Shown here one piece after another: positions 1 through 7,477 of a DNA stretch of 43,823 nt (its first letter is position 1; every line of letters begins with the position of its first letter). The translations under genes were made by a program, and so were the position numbers. The notes beneath the pieces were generated by a model. The model was not told the origin of the DNA. It saw only the letters and a list, made by a program, of their open reading frames with translations, and did not search any database. Source of the DNA: Acidimicrobiia bacterium (lineage in GTDB: Bacteria > Actinomycetota > Acidimicrobiia > IMCC26256 > JACDBD01); assembly GCA_050743385.1 (NCBI GenBank), contig JBOGFJ010000089.1, positions 1 to 43,823 of the forward strand, written 5' to 3'.

Positions 1-400
1 CCACGGCCTTGACGTCGTCGGGCCGCAGCGTCGCCAACCAGAGGGCCAGGCCGCCGCCGACGCAGAACCCGGTGACGCCGACGCCGTCGCCGGTGACGGC
101 CTCGTGCCCCTTCATGTAGTCGATCGCGCCCGCCATGTCCTTGGCGGCCTGCTCGATGTTGAGCGCCATCATCAGCTGACCGGCTTCGTCCTCGGCGGTG
201 GTCTGCTTCCCGCGGTAGAGGTCGGGCGCGAGGGCGACGAGTCCCTCGTCGGCCAGGCGGTCGCAGACCTCTTTGATCTGCTGGTTGAGGCCCCACCATT
301 CCTGGATGACCACGACACCGGGGCCCGACGCCGATGCGGGCACGGCGAGATAGCCGGTGCCGGTCGTGCCGTTGCTCGGGAACTCGACCATCTCGCCCAT
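1..400 (-). CDS. dienelactone hydrolase family protein (3' end runs off the window)
   Basis: Hand translation of the minus strand from ATG at 400-398: MGEMVEFPSNGTTGTGYLAVPASASGPGVVVIQEWWGLNQQIKEVCDRLADEGLVALAPDLYRGK...GVTGFCVGGGLALW. Contains the DLH-type G-F-C-x-G-G nucleophile elbow. Absent from the ORF track because it is open at the window edge. Confidence 0.8.
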   Translation of the reverse strand, partial: MGEMVEFPSNGTTGTGYLAVPASASGPGVVVIQEWWGLNQQIKEVCDRLADEGLVALAPDLYRGKQTTAEDEAGQLMMALNIEQAAKDMAGAIDYMKGHEAVTGDGVGVTGFCVGGGLALWLATLRPDDVKAV

Positions 401-432
401 ACATGTCTCCTTCCTCGTCGGCCTCTTCGTAC

Positions 433-894
433 TCAGTACGCGCCTCCGAGCTTCGAATGGTCCCAGCTGACGACCTTCCCGGGCTTCACCACCACGACGA
501 CCCGCTTCGAACCCATGGCGCGCACACCCTCACGCACCGCGTCGTTGTCGAGCGGGCCCCAGTACCGCTCGTAGACGGCCTCGCCGTAGCTGACGATCTC
601 GTCGCGTTCCTCGACGAGCTCGGCGTGCCCGCTGATCGAAACGCCCCGCAGCTCCTCGTAACGGTCGCCCGTGGCCACCAGCACCGTCAGGCGCGGGTCG
701 CGTCGCAGGTTCACGATCTTCTGCGACTTCGCGTACGTCCAGAAGGCGAGACGTCCGTCACGCACCGCGTACCACATCGTCACGAGATGGGGTGTGCCGT
801 CGGCATTGATCGAGGCGACCTGGAGATCGCGCCCGTCCTCGAGGAAGGTGCGGATCTCGTCGTCGGTCATCCGGATCTGGTCGCGTCTGCTCAT
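433..894 (-). CDS. pyridoxamine 5'-phosphate oxidase family / PPOX-class F420-dependent enzyme
   Basis: Last 153 codons of the 625-aa track ORF 433..2310: MSRRDQIRMTDDEIRTFLEDGRDLQVASINADGTPHLVTMWYAV...VVVVKPGKVVSWDHSKL. ATG confirmed at 894-892. The upstream part of the track ORF is Ala/Ser/Arg junk antisense to the NlpC/P60 gene. Confidence 0.8.
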   Translation of the reverse strand: MSRRDQIRMTDDEIRTFLEDGRDLQVASINADGTPHLVTMWYAVRDGRLAFWTYAKSQKIVNLRRDPRLTVLVATGDRYEELRGVSISGHAELVEERDEIVSYGEAVYERYWGPLDNDAVREGVRAMGSKRVVVVVKPGKVVSWDHSKLGGAY

Positions 895-957
895 CCAAAT
901 GGCTCCCTCACCGCCGCGGAGCCTATCTGCCTCGACTCCCGCGCTACCTTCTCGCTC

Positions 958-1437
958 GTGCCGAGCAACCCGGATCCGTCGCTCAAGCTCACGAGCTCGA
1001 AGGGCGTGACCCGCACGCTCGACGACTGGTCGACGATCTTCCACCTGTGTCTCGTCATCCTGCCGGCGCGCCCGGAGGCGAGCGCGTGGCTCCCCGTCGC
1101 CCGTCGCCTCTTCCGCACCTTCGGCGATGCCGACTGCCACACCGCGTACTGCGTTGCCGGACCGGAGGAGGTCGCACGACGCATCGTGGGCGACGCCGAG
1201 AACGAGTCGATCCTGTTCGTCGACCCCGACGGTGCCCTCGTGCGCAGCTTGCACCTCGAGCGTCTGCCCGCCTTCGTGCACCTGCGCCAGGACACCACGC
1301 TCGTGGCCGCCGCCGAGGGCTGGGACCCCAGAGAGTGGCAACGGGTCGCGCGGGCAGTGGGCAAGTCGCTCGCCTGGACGGTGCCCGAGGTGGCGGGACC
1401 GGGCGACCCGGCGAAGACGGCGGGCTGGCCGGTCTGA
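958..1437 (+). CDS. hypothetical protein (possibly thioredoxin-like fold; start uncertain)
   Basis: C-terminal part of track ORF 334..1437 is protein-like (TRTLDDWSTIFHLCLVILPARPEASAWLPVARRLFRTFGDADCHTAYCVAGPEEVARRIVGDAENESILFVDPDGALVRSLHLERLPAFVHL...). The first plausible in-frame start after the divergent PPOX gene is GTG 958. Confidence 0.45.
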   Translation: MPSNPDPSLKLTSSKGVTRTLDDWSTIFHLCLVILPARPEASAWLPVARRLFRTFGDADCHTAYCVAGPEEVARRIVGDAENESILFVDPDGALVRSLHLERLPAFVHLRQDTTLVAAAEGWDPREWQRVARAVGKSLAWTVPEVAGPGDPAKTAGWPV

Positions 1438-1597
1438 GCCGAGCGGTCGTCGCCAATGCTGGCGTCGCTGGGGGGTGCGGTCTAGGGTGACCGTGGCCCG
1501 CACGTCATCACGCATGGCGTACGGGCGTTGTTGTAGCCCCCAGGGCGTTCGCGACCCCGACCGACGGCACAACGAGCGAACAGGGAGTCTCCCCTCG

Positions 1598-2686
1598 GTG
1601 AACCTCCGGCTTGCCCGATTGCTGCCGATCCTGGTCGTCGCCGCGATTGCACCGGTGCTCGTCGCCACGCCCTCGGGCGGCGCCCCGATCGACGACCTCC
1701 GCGAGCAGGCGAGGCAGCTCACCACCGATCTCGAGGAGAACGGTGCCAAGGTGGCGGCGCTCGGCGAGAAGCTCAACGCCGCCCAGATCCGTCTCGACGA
1801 GGCGCAGGCAAAGATCGACGACTCCCAGACGCGCATCGCGGCCTCCGAGGGGCGTATCCGCGAGCTCAAGCTGCTCATCGCGGCGCGCGCCGCCGCGGCG
1901 TACCGCACGGCCGGGACCGACGGTCCGCTCGACGTGATCGACGCCGAGGACGCGAACGACGCCGGCGCGCGCTCGAAGTACACCGACAGCGCCGCCGCGA
2001 GGGACGACGCGCTCGTCGACGACCTCGCTGCCGCGAAGCAAGACCTCGAGCACGAGCGCACCGTGGCGGAGCAAGCCCGGCAGGGAGCGCACGAGGAGCG
2101 CGACGGGCTCGAGGCCGCCAAGGCCGACGCCGATGCGGCCGCCGCCGAGCAGGAGCGGCTCCTCGCAGAGGTCGAAGGTGAGATCGCCGACCTCGTCGCC
2201 GAGGAGCAGGCCCGGCGCGAGGCGGAGCTGGCCGCCGCCACACCGGCCCCCGCGCCGGCACCGACACCGCCACCGAGCGCGGGCGGGGACGGAGGCGGCA
2301 ACCAGAACACGACCCCCGCGCCCGCCCCACCGCCGTCGGGCCATGGCGGCGCGAGCGCGGCCGTGGGCTACGCGTGGGCACAGGTGGGCAAGCCCTACTG
2401 CTACGCCGGTACCGGCCCGGCCTGCTACGACTGCTCCGGCCTCACGATGATGGCCTGGGCCCAGGGCGGCGTCTCCATGCCGCACTACTCGGGCGCGCAG
2501 GGCTCGATGTTCCCGGCGGTTCCGGTCAGCCAGCTGCAGCCGGGCGACCTCATCACCACCAGCAGCTGGAGCGCGCACGTGGGCATCTGGGTGGGCGGCG
2601 GGTACGTCCACGCCACCCACACGGGCGACTTCATCAAGTTCGTCAGCGGGAGCGGCTCGGTCGTCGCCGCCGTGCGGCCCGGCTGA
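1598..2686 (+). CDS. NlpC/P60 family peptidoglycan endopeptidase, RipA-like (signal peptide + coiled coil + Pro/Ala linker + NlpC/P60)
   Basis: GTG 1598 is preceded by GGGAG at 1583-1587. N-terminus VNLRLARLLPILVVAAIAPVLVATPSGG looks like a signal peptide. A long coiled-coil region follows. C-terminus reads YAWAQVGKPYCYAGTGPACYDCSGLTMMAWAQGGVSMPHYSGAQ...HVGIWVGGGYVHATHTGD, with the NlpC/P60 catalytic Cys and His. Confidence 0.85.
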   Translation: MNLRLARLLPILVVAAIAPVLVATPSGGAPIDDLREQARQLTTDLEENGAKVAALGEKLNAAQIRLDEAQAKIDDSQTRIAASEGRIRELKLLIAARAAAAYRTAGTDGPLDVIDAEDANDAGARSKYTDSAAARDDALVDDLAAAKQDLEHERTVAEQARQGAHEERDGLEAAKADADAAAAEQERLLAEVEGEIADLVAEEQARREAELAAATPAPAPAPTPPPSAGGDGGGNQNTTPAPAPPPSGHGGASAAVGYAWAQVGKPYCYAGTGPACYDCSGLTMMAWAQGGVSMPHYSGAQGSMFPAVPVSQLQPGDLITTSSWSAHVGIWVGGGYVHATHTGDFIKFVSGSGSVVAAVRPG

Positions 2687-2705
2687 GCGGGCCTACGCTG
2701 CGGTC

Positions 2706-3770
2706 GTGACGACCGCGGCCGCACCCGTCCGGCTCACGAGCTTCTCGCACGGCGCCGGGTGCGCCTGCAAGCTCGGCCCCGACGACCTGCGCACCGTCCT
2801 CGGGCTCGTCCGCGGGCTCGACGCGCCGGCTGATCCCGATCTGCTCGTCGGGTTCGACACCGCCGACGACGCCGCCGTCTACCGCCTGCGTCGCGATCTC
2901 GCGGTCGTCGTGACGACCGACTTCTTCACGCCGATCGTCGACGACGCCTACGACTGGGGTCGGATCGCCGCCGCCAACGCGCTCTCCGACGTGTACGCGA
3001 TGGGCGGGACGCCCCTGGTCGCGCTCAACCTCGTCGCATGGCCGCGCGTGGGTTTGGCCTTCGACCTGCTCGCGCGGGTGCTCGACGGCGGGGCCGACGT
3101 CGTGCGGGTCGCGGGCGCGCTCGTCGTCGGCGGCCATTCGATCGACGATGCCGAGCCGAAGTTCGGGCTCGCGGTCGTGGGGACCGTAGACCCCGAGCGC
3201 GTGCTCACGAACCGAGGCGCCCGCGCCGGCGACGTGCTCGTGCTGACGAAGCCCGTCGGGCTGGGAGTGATCTCGACCGCGGTGAAGCGCGACGCGGCGC
3301 CACGCGCGCTGGTCGACGAGGCCGTCCGCGTGATGACCACGCTCAACGACGGAGCCCGCGACGCCGCCCTCGAGCTCGGCGCGGCCGTCCACGCCGCCAC
3401 CGACGTGACGGGCTTCGGCTTCCTCGGCCATCTGCGCGAGATGCTGCTCGCATCGGGACTCGCCGCCGCGATCGACGCCGCGAACGTTCCCGTGATCGAC
3501 GGTGTCCGTGATCTGCTCGCGGTCGACACCGTCGCGGGGGGTACGCGACGGAACCACACGTTCGTCAGCGACAGCGTCGACTGGGGTGCGCTCCCCGAGC
3601 CGGAGCAGCTGCTCCTCGCCGACGCACAGACGTCGGGAGGCCTGTTGATCGCGGTCGCCTCCGAGCGGGCCGGCGCCCTGGTCGACGCGCTCGAGGCGCG
3701 CGGCACGCTCGCCGCCGCGACCGTGGGTCGGACGACCACCGGCCGGCCGGGCGACATCGTCGTCATCTGA
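2706..3770 (+). CDS. selD: selenide, water dikinase (selenophosphate synthetase), Cys-type
   Basis: MTTAAAPVRLTSFSHGAGCACKLGPDDL... carries the N-terminal SHGAGCxCK loop of SelD (Cys, not an in-frame TGA). AIR-synthase-like fold motifs follow (DDAAVY, TTDFFTPIVDD, GGHSIDD). 354 aa. Confidence 0.9.
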   Translation: MTTAAAPVRLTSFSHGAGCACKLGPDDLRTVLGLVRGLDAPADPDLLVGFDTADDAAVYRLRRDLAVVVTTDFFTPIVDDAYDWGRIAAANALSDVYAMGGTPLVALNLVAWPRVGLAFDLLARVLDGGADVVRVAGALVVGGHSIDDAEPKFGLAVVGTVDPERVLTNRGARAGDVLVLTKPVGLGVISTAVKRDAAPRALVDEAVRVMTTLNDGARDAALELGAAVHAATDVTGFGFLGHLREMLLASGLAAAIDAANVPVIDGVRDLLAVDTVAGGTRRNHTFVSDSVDWGALPEPEQLLLADAQTSGGLLIAVASERAGALVDALEARGTLAAATVGRTTTGRPGDIVVI

Positions 3771-3773
3771 TCC

Positions 3774-3810
3774 GAACCACCGGTCCGGCGCCGCCGCACC
3801 GGGCCGGTTC
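3774..3810. terminator. imperfect GC-rich inverted repeat between convergent selD and the esterase-Trx gene
   Basis: gaaccaccggtccggcgccgccgcaccgggccggttc: the outer arms GAACC/GGTTC and the inner CCGG blocks pair. It lies in a 100-bp convergent intergenic gap. There is no U-tract. Confidence 0.35.
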
Positions 3811-3870
3811 CGTGGGGTCGAGGCAACCGAGCTCTACCCCGAGGTGCGACCCCGGCTCACGGGACAGCCC

Positions 3871-4869
3871 TCAGGGGATCACCAGCATCCCGAGGTCGGC
3901 TTCGAGCTGCGGTCGGGGCTTCGCGCCCAGCGACGCCCGCTCGAGGCGCCCGTTGCGGAAGAGGCCGATCATGGGGATGCTCTGCACCTCGTAGCGCTGC
4001 GCGATCTCGGGCTCCTCGTCGATGTTGACCTTCACGACCTTGTACGCGCCCTCGCGCATCACCGCGATCTGCTCGACGATCGGTGAGACCTGCCGGCAGG
4101 GTCCGCACCATTGCGCCCAGAAATCGACGATCACGGGAACGTCGCTGGCGAGCACCTCGGCGGCGAACGTCGCCGTCGTGACCGCCTGCACCGGGCTCTC
4201 GGGCGGATCCTCGGGAACGGCCTCCGACGGCTGCTCCCCGGCGCGTACCGCGTCGAGCCAGCCGCGCGCCTGCTGCACGCTCTCGAGCGCGACCTGGTGT
4301 GCCATCGGATACTCGGAGTAGACGACGGGCACACCGTGCGACTCGAGCTCGCGCGCGAGGTCGCGGCTGCGTTGCACCGGCACGAGCGGATCCTCGGTCC
4401 CGTGCTGCAGGAGCACCGGGAGCGTCTTGGCCGCCTGCCAGTCGACGTCGATCGCGTCGAGGCCCGGGAGAGCCGGGCTCATCGCCAGTACCGCCGCCGG
4501 CCGGGGTCGCTCGCTCCGCTGCAGCGCGAGCGCGAGGGTCATCCCCGCGCCCTGCGAGAAACCACCCACCACTGCCTCGTCGCGGGCGAGACCGTGCTCG
4601 GCGCAGCTTTCGTCGAGCAAGTCGTCGAGAGCCGCGAGGGAGTCGGCGAAGCCGGCGGCGTCGAAGGCGCCCGCGCCCGACCACTGGTACCAGGCGAACC
4701 CGGGCGGAGCCGACACCGGACCGCGGGGCAGAACCGTCGCAAAATGGCCGTCGGGGTCGAGGTACGCCAGCAGGCCGCCGAGGTCGCGCTCGTCGGTGCC
4801 GAGCCCGTGGACGAGGAGGAGCACGCGCTCGGGGCTGGCGCCCTTGACGACGTTGGTGATGAGGGTCAT
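3871..4869 (-). CDS. fusion protein: phospholipase/carboxylesterase-type alpha/beta hydrolase (N-terminal) + thioredoxin (C-terminal)
   Basis: N-terminal part: LLVHGLGTDERDL...GGFSQGAGMTLAL (GxSxG)...LLQHGTEDPLVP...YPMAHQV. C-terminal part: VIVDFWAQWCGPCRQVSPIVEQIA...KVNIDEEPEIAQRYEVQSIPMIGLFRNG, a canonical WCGPC thioredoxin. Single uninterrupted 332-aa ORF. Confidence 0.85.
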   Translation of the reverse strand: MTLITNVVKGASPERVLLLVHGLGTDERDLGGLLAYLDPDGHFATVLPRGPVSAPPGFAWYQWSGAGAFDAAGFADSLAALDDLLDESCAEHGLARDEAVVGGFSQGAGMTLALALQRSERPRPAAVLAMSPALPGLDAIDVDWQAAKTLPVLLQHGTEDPLVPVQRSRDLARELESHGVPVVYSEYPMAHQVALESVQQARGWLDAVRAGEQPSEAVPEDPPESPVQAVTTATFAAEVLASDVPVIVDFWAQWCGPCRQVSPIVEQIAVMREGAYKVVKVNIDEEPEIAQRYEVQSIPMIGLFRNGRLERASLGAKPRPQLEADLGMLVIP

Positions 4870-4928
4870 GGAGCGTCAGCGTACGAGGAAATGACACACC
4901 GAGACGACGGGACGCATGCAACCCTGGC

Positions 4929-5480
4929 GTGATGGGCCTGGCGGTTCCCGACCTCGACGACGGCGTGGTGCGCCTGCGCCCGCCCGTGCCCGCAGACATC
5001 GACGGCGTCGTCGCGGTGTGCCAGGACGAGGAGGCCGCCCGGTTCACGACGATCCCCTGGCCGTACGAGCGCCACCACGCCGTCGAGTGGGTCGAGGAGT
5101 CGACCCGCTGCTGGGCCGAGGGCGTCCGCGCTTCGTTCGTCATCCTCGACGTGTCGACGGGCGAGGTCGTCGGCAACCTCGGGCTCGTGCGCCTCGAGCC
5201 CGACGGGAGCGTGGCCGAGGTCGGGTACCTCGTGAAGCGCACCGCCCGCGGCCGCGGCGTCGCGTCGCGGGCGGTGAAGCTCGTCGTGCCCTGGGTGCTG
5301 CGCGACCTCGGCTACCAGCGCCTGGAGCTGCAGACCGACGTGCGCAACGTCGCCTCCCAGCGCGTCGCCGAGAAGGCGGGGTTCCGCCGGAAGGGCGAGG
5401 TCGAGCCGCCGGAACGGTGCCGCGACCGCAGCCAGCGCATGGTCATGTTCGCCCTGACGTCCGCCGATCTCGACGGCTAA
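4929..5480 (+). CDS. GNAT family N-acetyltransferase (RimJ/RimL-like)
   Basis: VRLRPPVPADIDGVVAVCQDEEAARFTTIPWPYERHHAVEWVEE...GYLVKRTARGRGVASRAVKLVVPWVLRDLGYQRLELQTDVRNVASQRVAEKAGFRRKGE. The start is either GTG 4929 or ATG 4932. Confidence 0.8.
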   Translation: MMGLAVPDLDDGVVRLRPPVPADIDGVVAVCQDEEAARFTTIPWPYERHHAVEWVEESTRCWAEGVRASFVILDVSTGEVVGNLGLVRLEPDGSVAEVGYLVKRTARGRGVASRAVKLVVPWVLRDLGYQRLELQTDVRNVASQRVAEKAGFRRKGEVEPPERCRDRSQRMVMFALTSADLDG

Positions 5481-5561
5481 CGACACGAAGCGGAGCGGGA
5501 CCCGGCGCGGAGTGCCGGCAGGCGAAGCGGAGCTGGCGCCAGGGACTAGCCTCCCGCGCGC

Positions 5562-6602
5562 ATGCGCCTCGGGATCAACTTCGGCTACCAGGACTGGGGC
5601 GCCGGTCTCCCCCAGGCGATCGAGCTCGCGCGTGAGGCCGACCGCCTCGGCTTCCACTCCGGGTGGACGGCAGAGGCGTACGGAACCGACTGCATCACGC
5701 CGCTCACGTGGCTGGCCGCCAGCACCGAACGGCTCAACGTGGGCTCGGCGATCATGCAGATGCCTGCCCGCACGCCGGCGATGACCGCGATGACCGCGGC
5801 CACGCTCGACCTCATGAGCGGGGGCCGGTTCCTCCTCGGCCTCGGCCTGTCAGGGCCGCAAGTGGTGGAGGGCTGGCACGGCCAGCGCTACGGCAAGCCG
5901 CTGGTGAAGACCCGCGAGTACGTCGAGATCGTGCGCACGATCCTGGCGCGCGAGGGGCCGCTCGAGCACCACGGGGAGCACTACGACATCCCGTTCAGCG
6001 GCCCGGCCGCGACCGGCTTGGGCAAGCCGCTCAAGATCATCGTGCACCCCCGGCGCGCCGACATCCCCGTGTACCTCGCCGCGATCGGGCCCAAGAACGT
6101 CGAGCTCGCGGCGGAGATCGCCGACGGCTGGCTCCCGATGTTCTTCTCGCCCTACCGCTTCAAGGACGCGTTCGGCGCCGCGCTCGACGCCGGGTTCGCG
6201 CGGGCCGGTGCCGGCAAGAGCCTCGACCGCTTCGACATCGCGCCGACCGTGACCGTGATCCTCGGCGACGACGTCGACACGCTGCGCGGCTTCGCGAAGC
6301 CGATGCTGGCGCTCTACGTCGGCGGCATGGGCGCGCGGGGCAAGAACTTCTACAACGACCTCGCCTCCCGCTACGGGTTCGAGGCCGCGGCCAAGGAGAT
6401 CCAGGACCTCTACCTCGACGGCAAGAAGCAGGAGGCCGCCGCGGCCGTGCCCGACGAGCTCGTCGACGAGATCTCGCTCATCGGCCCGAAGGAGCGCATC
6501 GCCGACCGCCTCGACGCCTGGCGCGACAGCGGCATCACCACCATGATTCTCGGCGCCGCCCAGCCCGAAGCGCTCCGCGTCATGGCCGAGCTGGTGCTCT
6601 GA
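5562..6602 (+). CDS. LLM-class F420-dependent (luciferase-like) oxidoreductase
   Basis: [107 protein letters not shown]... is typical of the luciferase-like monooxygenase family. Confidence 0.85.
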   Translation: MRLGINFGYQDWGAGLPQAIELAREADRLGFHSGWTAEAYGTDCITPLTWLAASTERLNVGSAIMQMPARTPAMTAMTAATLDLMSGGRFLLGLGLSGPQVVEGWHGQRYGKPLVKTREYVEIVRTILAREGPLEHHGEHYDIPFSGPAATGLGKPLKIIVHPRRADIPVYLAAIGPKNVELAAEIADGWLPMFFSPYRFKDAFGAALDAGFARAGAGKSLDRFDIAPTVTVILGDDVDTLRGFAKPMLALYVGGMGARGKNFYNDLASRYGFEAAAKEIQDLYLDGKKQEAAAAVPDELVDEISLIGPKERIADRLDAWRDSGITTMILGAAQPEALRVMAELVL

Positions 6603-6605
6603 CCG

Positions 6606-6656
6606 GAGTCTCGAGGCCCACGGGTCCGGAAACCGGACCCCACGGCCTCGAGTCTC
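6606..6656. repeat. near-palindromic intergenic element, family A, copy 1
   Basis: gagtctcgaggcccacgggtccggaaaccggaccccacggcctcgagtctc. Structure is a 12/13-matching outer stem, a 3x3 internal loop (CAC/CAC), an 8-bp inner stem and an AAA loop. Its reverse complement recurs at 35665-35715, differing at 5 of 51 positions by hand alignment. Confidence 0.8.
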
Positions 6657-6667
6657 GGTTCAGCGAG

Positions 6668-7477
6668 TCAGAACAGGAAGTTCATCTCGGCCACGATGCG
6701 GCGCCCGAGGGCGTCGTCGCCGGTGATGGTGACCGCGCCGCTGGCGAGGATCCCGTCGGGGTCGCCGCGGCCCATGCCGAGGCGGACGAGCGTGTCGACA
6801 CCCATGGTGAGCCGGACGGTGGGATGCGCGGGTGCCGTGTCGAGCGGCTTGGCCCGGCCACCGTCCATGACGATGTCGGTGGTGCGGCCGTCCCACGCGA
6901 ACACGACGGTGGCGCCGTCGGGGGGCTTCACCTTCTTCCCCACGACGAAGGGGAGCGCGCCCGTGACCCGGCCCAACGACAGCTCGGCCGCCGCGCCCTC
7001 GAGGTCGCCGGGAAGCTCGAGCGCGCGCCGGATGTCCTGCTCGTGCGCCCACGAGTCGAAGATCCGGAACGGGAGCAGGTCGCGAACCGTGCCCGGGCCC
7101 GCCGGCGTCCACGAGTCTGCGCCGAGGTCGTCGTGCGTCATCGCCCGCAGGTTCGCGATCCGCTCCGCAGTGACGGCGCGGAACTCGTCGAGCACCTCGG
7201 GCCCCGAGCGCGACCGCATGGCGTCGACCCAGACCTCGTTCGACCGACCGATGTCGTTCTTCACGTGGGGCAGGTCGGGCGGGGTGTGATCGGGGGCGGG
7301 CCTCCCCATGATCGACGACTCGATGCCGGCGATGTGGGCCACGTTGTCCTGCACGCTCCAGCCCGGGCACTCGGTCTCGGTCTTCCACTGCGCCTCGCTG
7401 AGCGTCGAGCAGAGCGCGTCGATCGAGCCCCACACTTCTTCGAGCGTGTCGACGAGCCGTTGGTCCTGATCGGTCAT
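6668..7477 (-). CDS. maleylpyruvate isomerase family mycothiol-dependent enzyme (DinB-like N-domain + SCP2-like C-domain)
   Basis: MTDQDQRLVDTLEEVWGSIDALCSTLSEAQWKTETECPGWSVQDNVAHIAGIES...FDSWAHEQDIRRAL...TITGDDALGRRIVAEMNFLF. Its ATG overlaps the upstream gene's stop (ATGA at 7474-7477). Confidence 0.8.
   Translation of the reverse strand: MTDQDQRLVDTLEEVWGSIDALCSTLSEAQWKTETECPGWSVQDNVAHIAGIESSIMGRPAPDHTPPDLPHVKNDIGRSNEVWVDAMRSRSGPEVLDEFRAVTAERIANLRAMTHDDLGADSWTPAGPGTVRDLLPFRIFDSWAHEQDIRRALELPGDLEGAAAELSLGRVTGALPFVVGKKVKPPDGATVVFAWDGRTTDIVMDGGRAKPLDTAPAHPTVRLTMGVDTLVRLGMGRGDPDGILASGAVTITGDDALGRRIVAEMNFLF

Noticed and set aside
895-2310. The N-terminal 472 codons of the 625-aa minus-strand ORF 433..2310.
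   Set aside because: The translation is Ala/Ser/Arg/Pro low-complexity sequence lying antisense to the clearly real NlpC/P60 gene and the 958..1437 ORF. Only the last 153 codons (433..894) look like a protein (PPOX family). This is a typical high-GC open-frame artefact.
2687-3870. tRNA-Sec, a SECIS element or an in-frame-TGA selenoprotein next to selD.
   Set aside because: No long-variable-arm tRNA with a UCA anticodon is visible. None of the neighbouring genes appears split by an in-frame TGA, and selD itself uses Cys. Only a whole-genome search can settle whether a Sec system exists.
3857-5242. A 461-aa minus-strand ORF, plus the plus-strand ORFs 4111..4932, 4299..4847 and 4427..4894.
   Set aside because: All are alternative frames of the esterase-thioredoxin gene or the GNAT gene. 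They are extremely Arg/Pro-rich with no motifs. The 3871..4869 frame carries both the GxSxG and WCGPC signatures.
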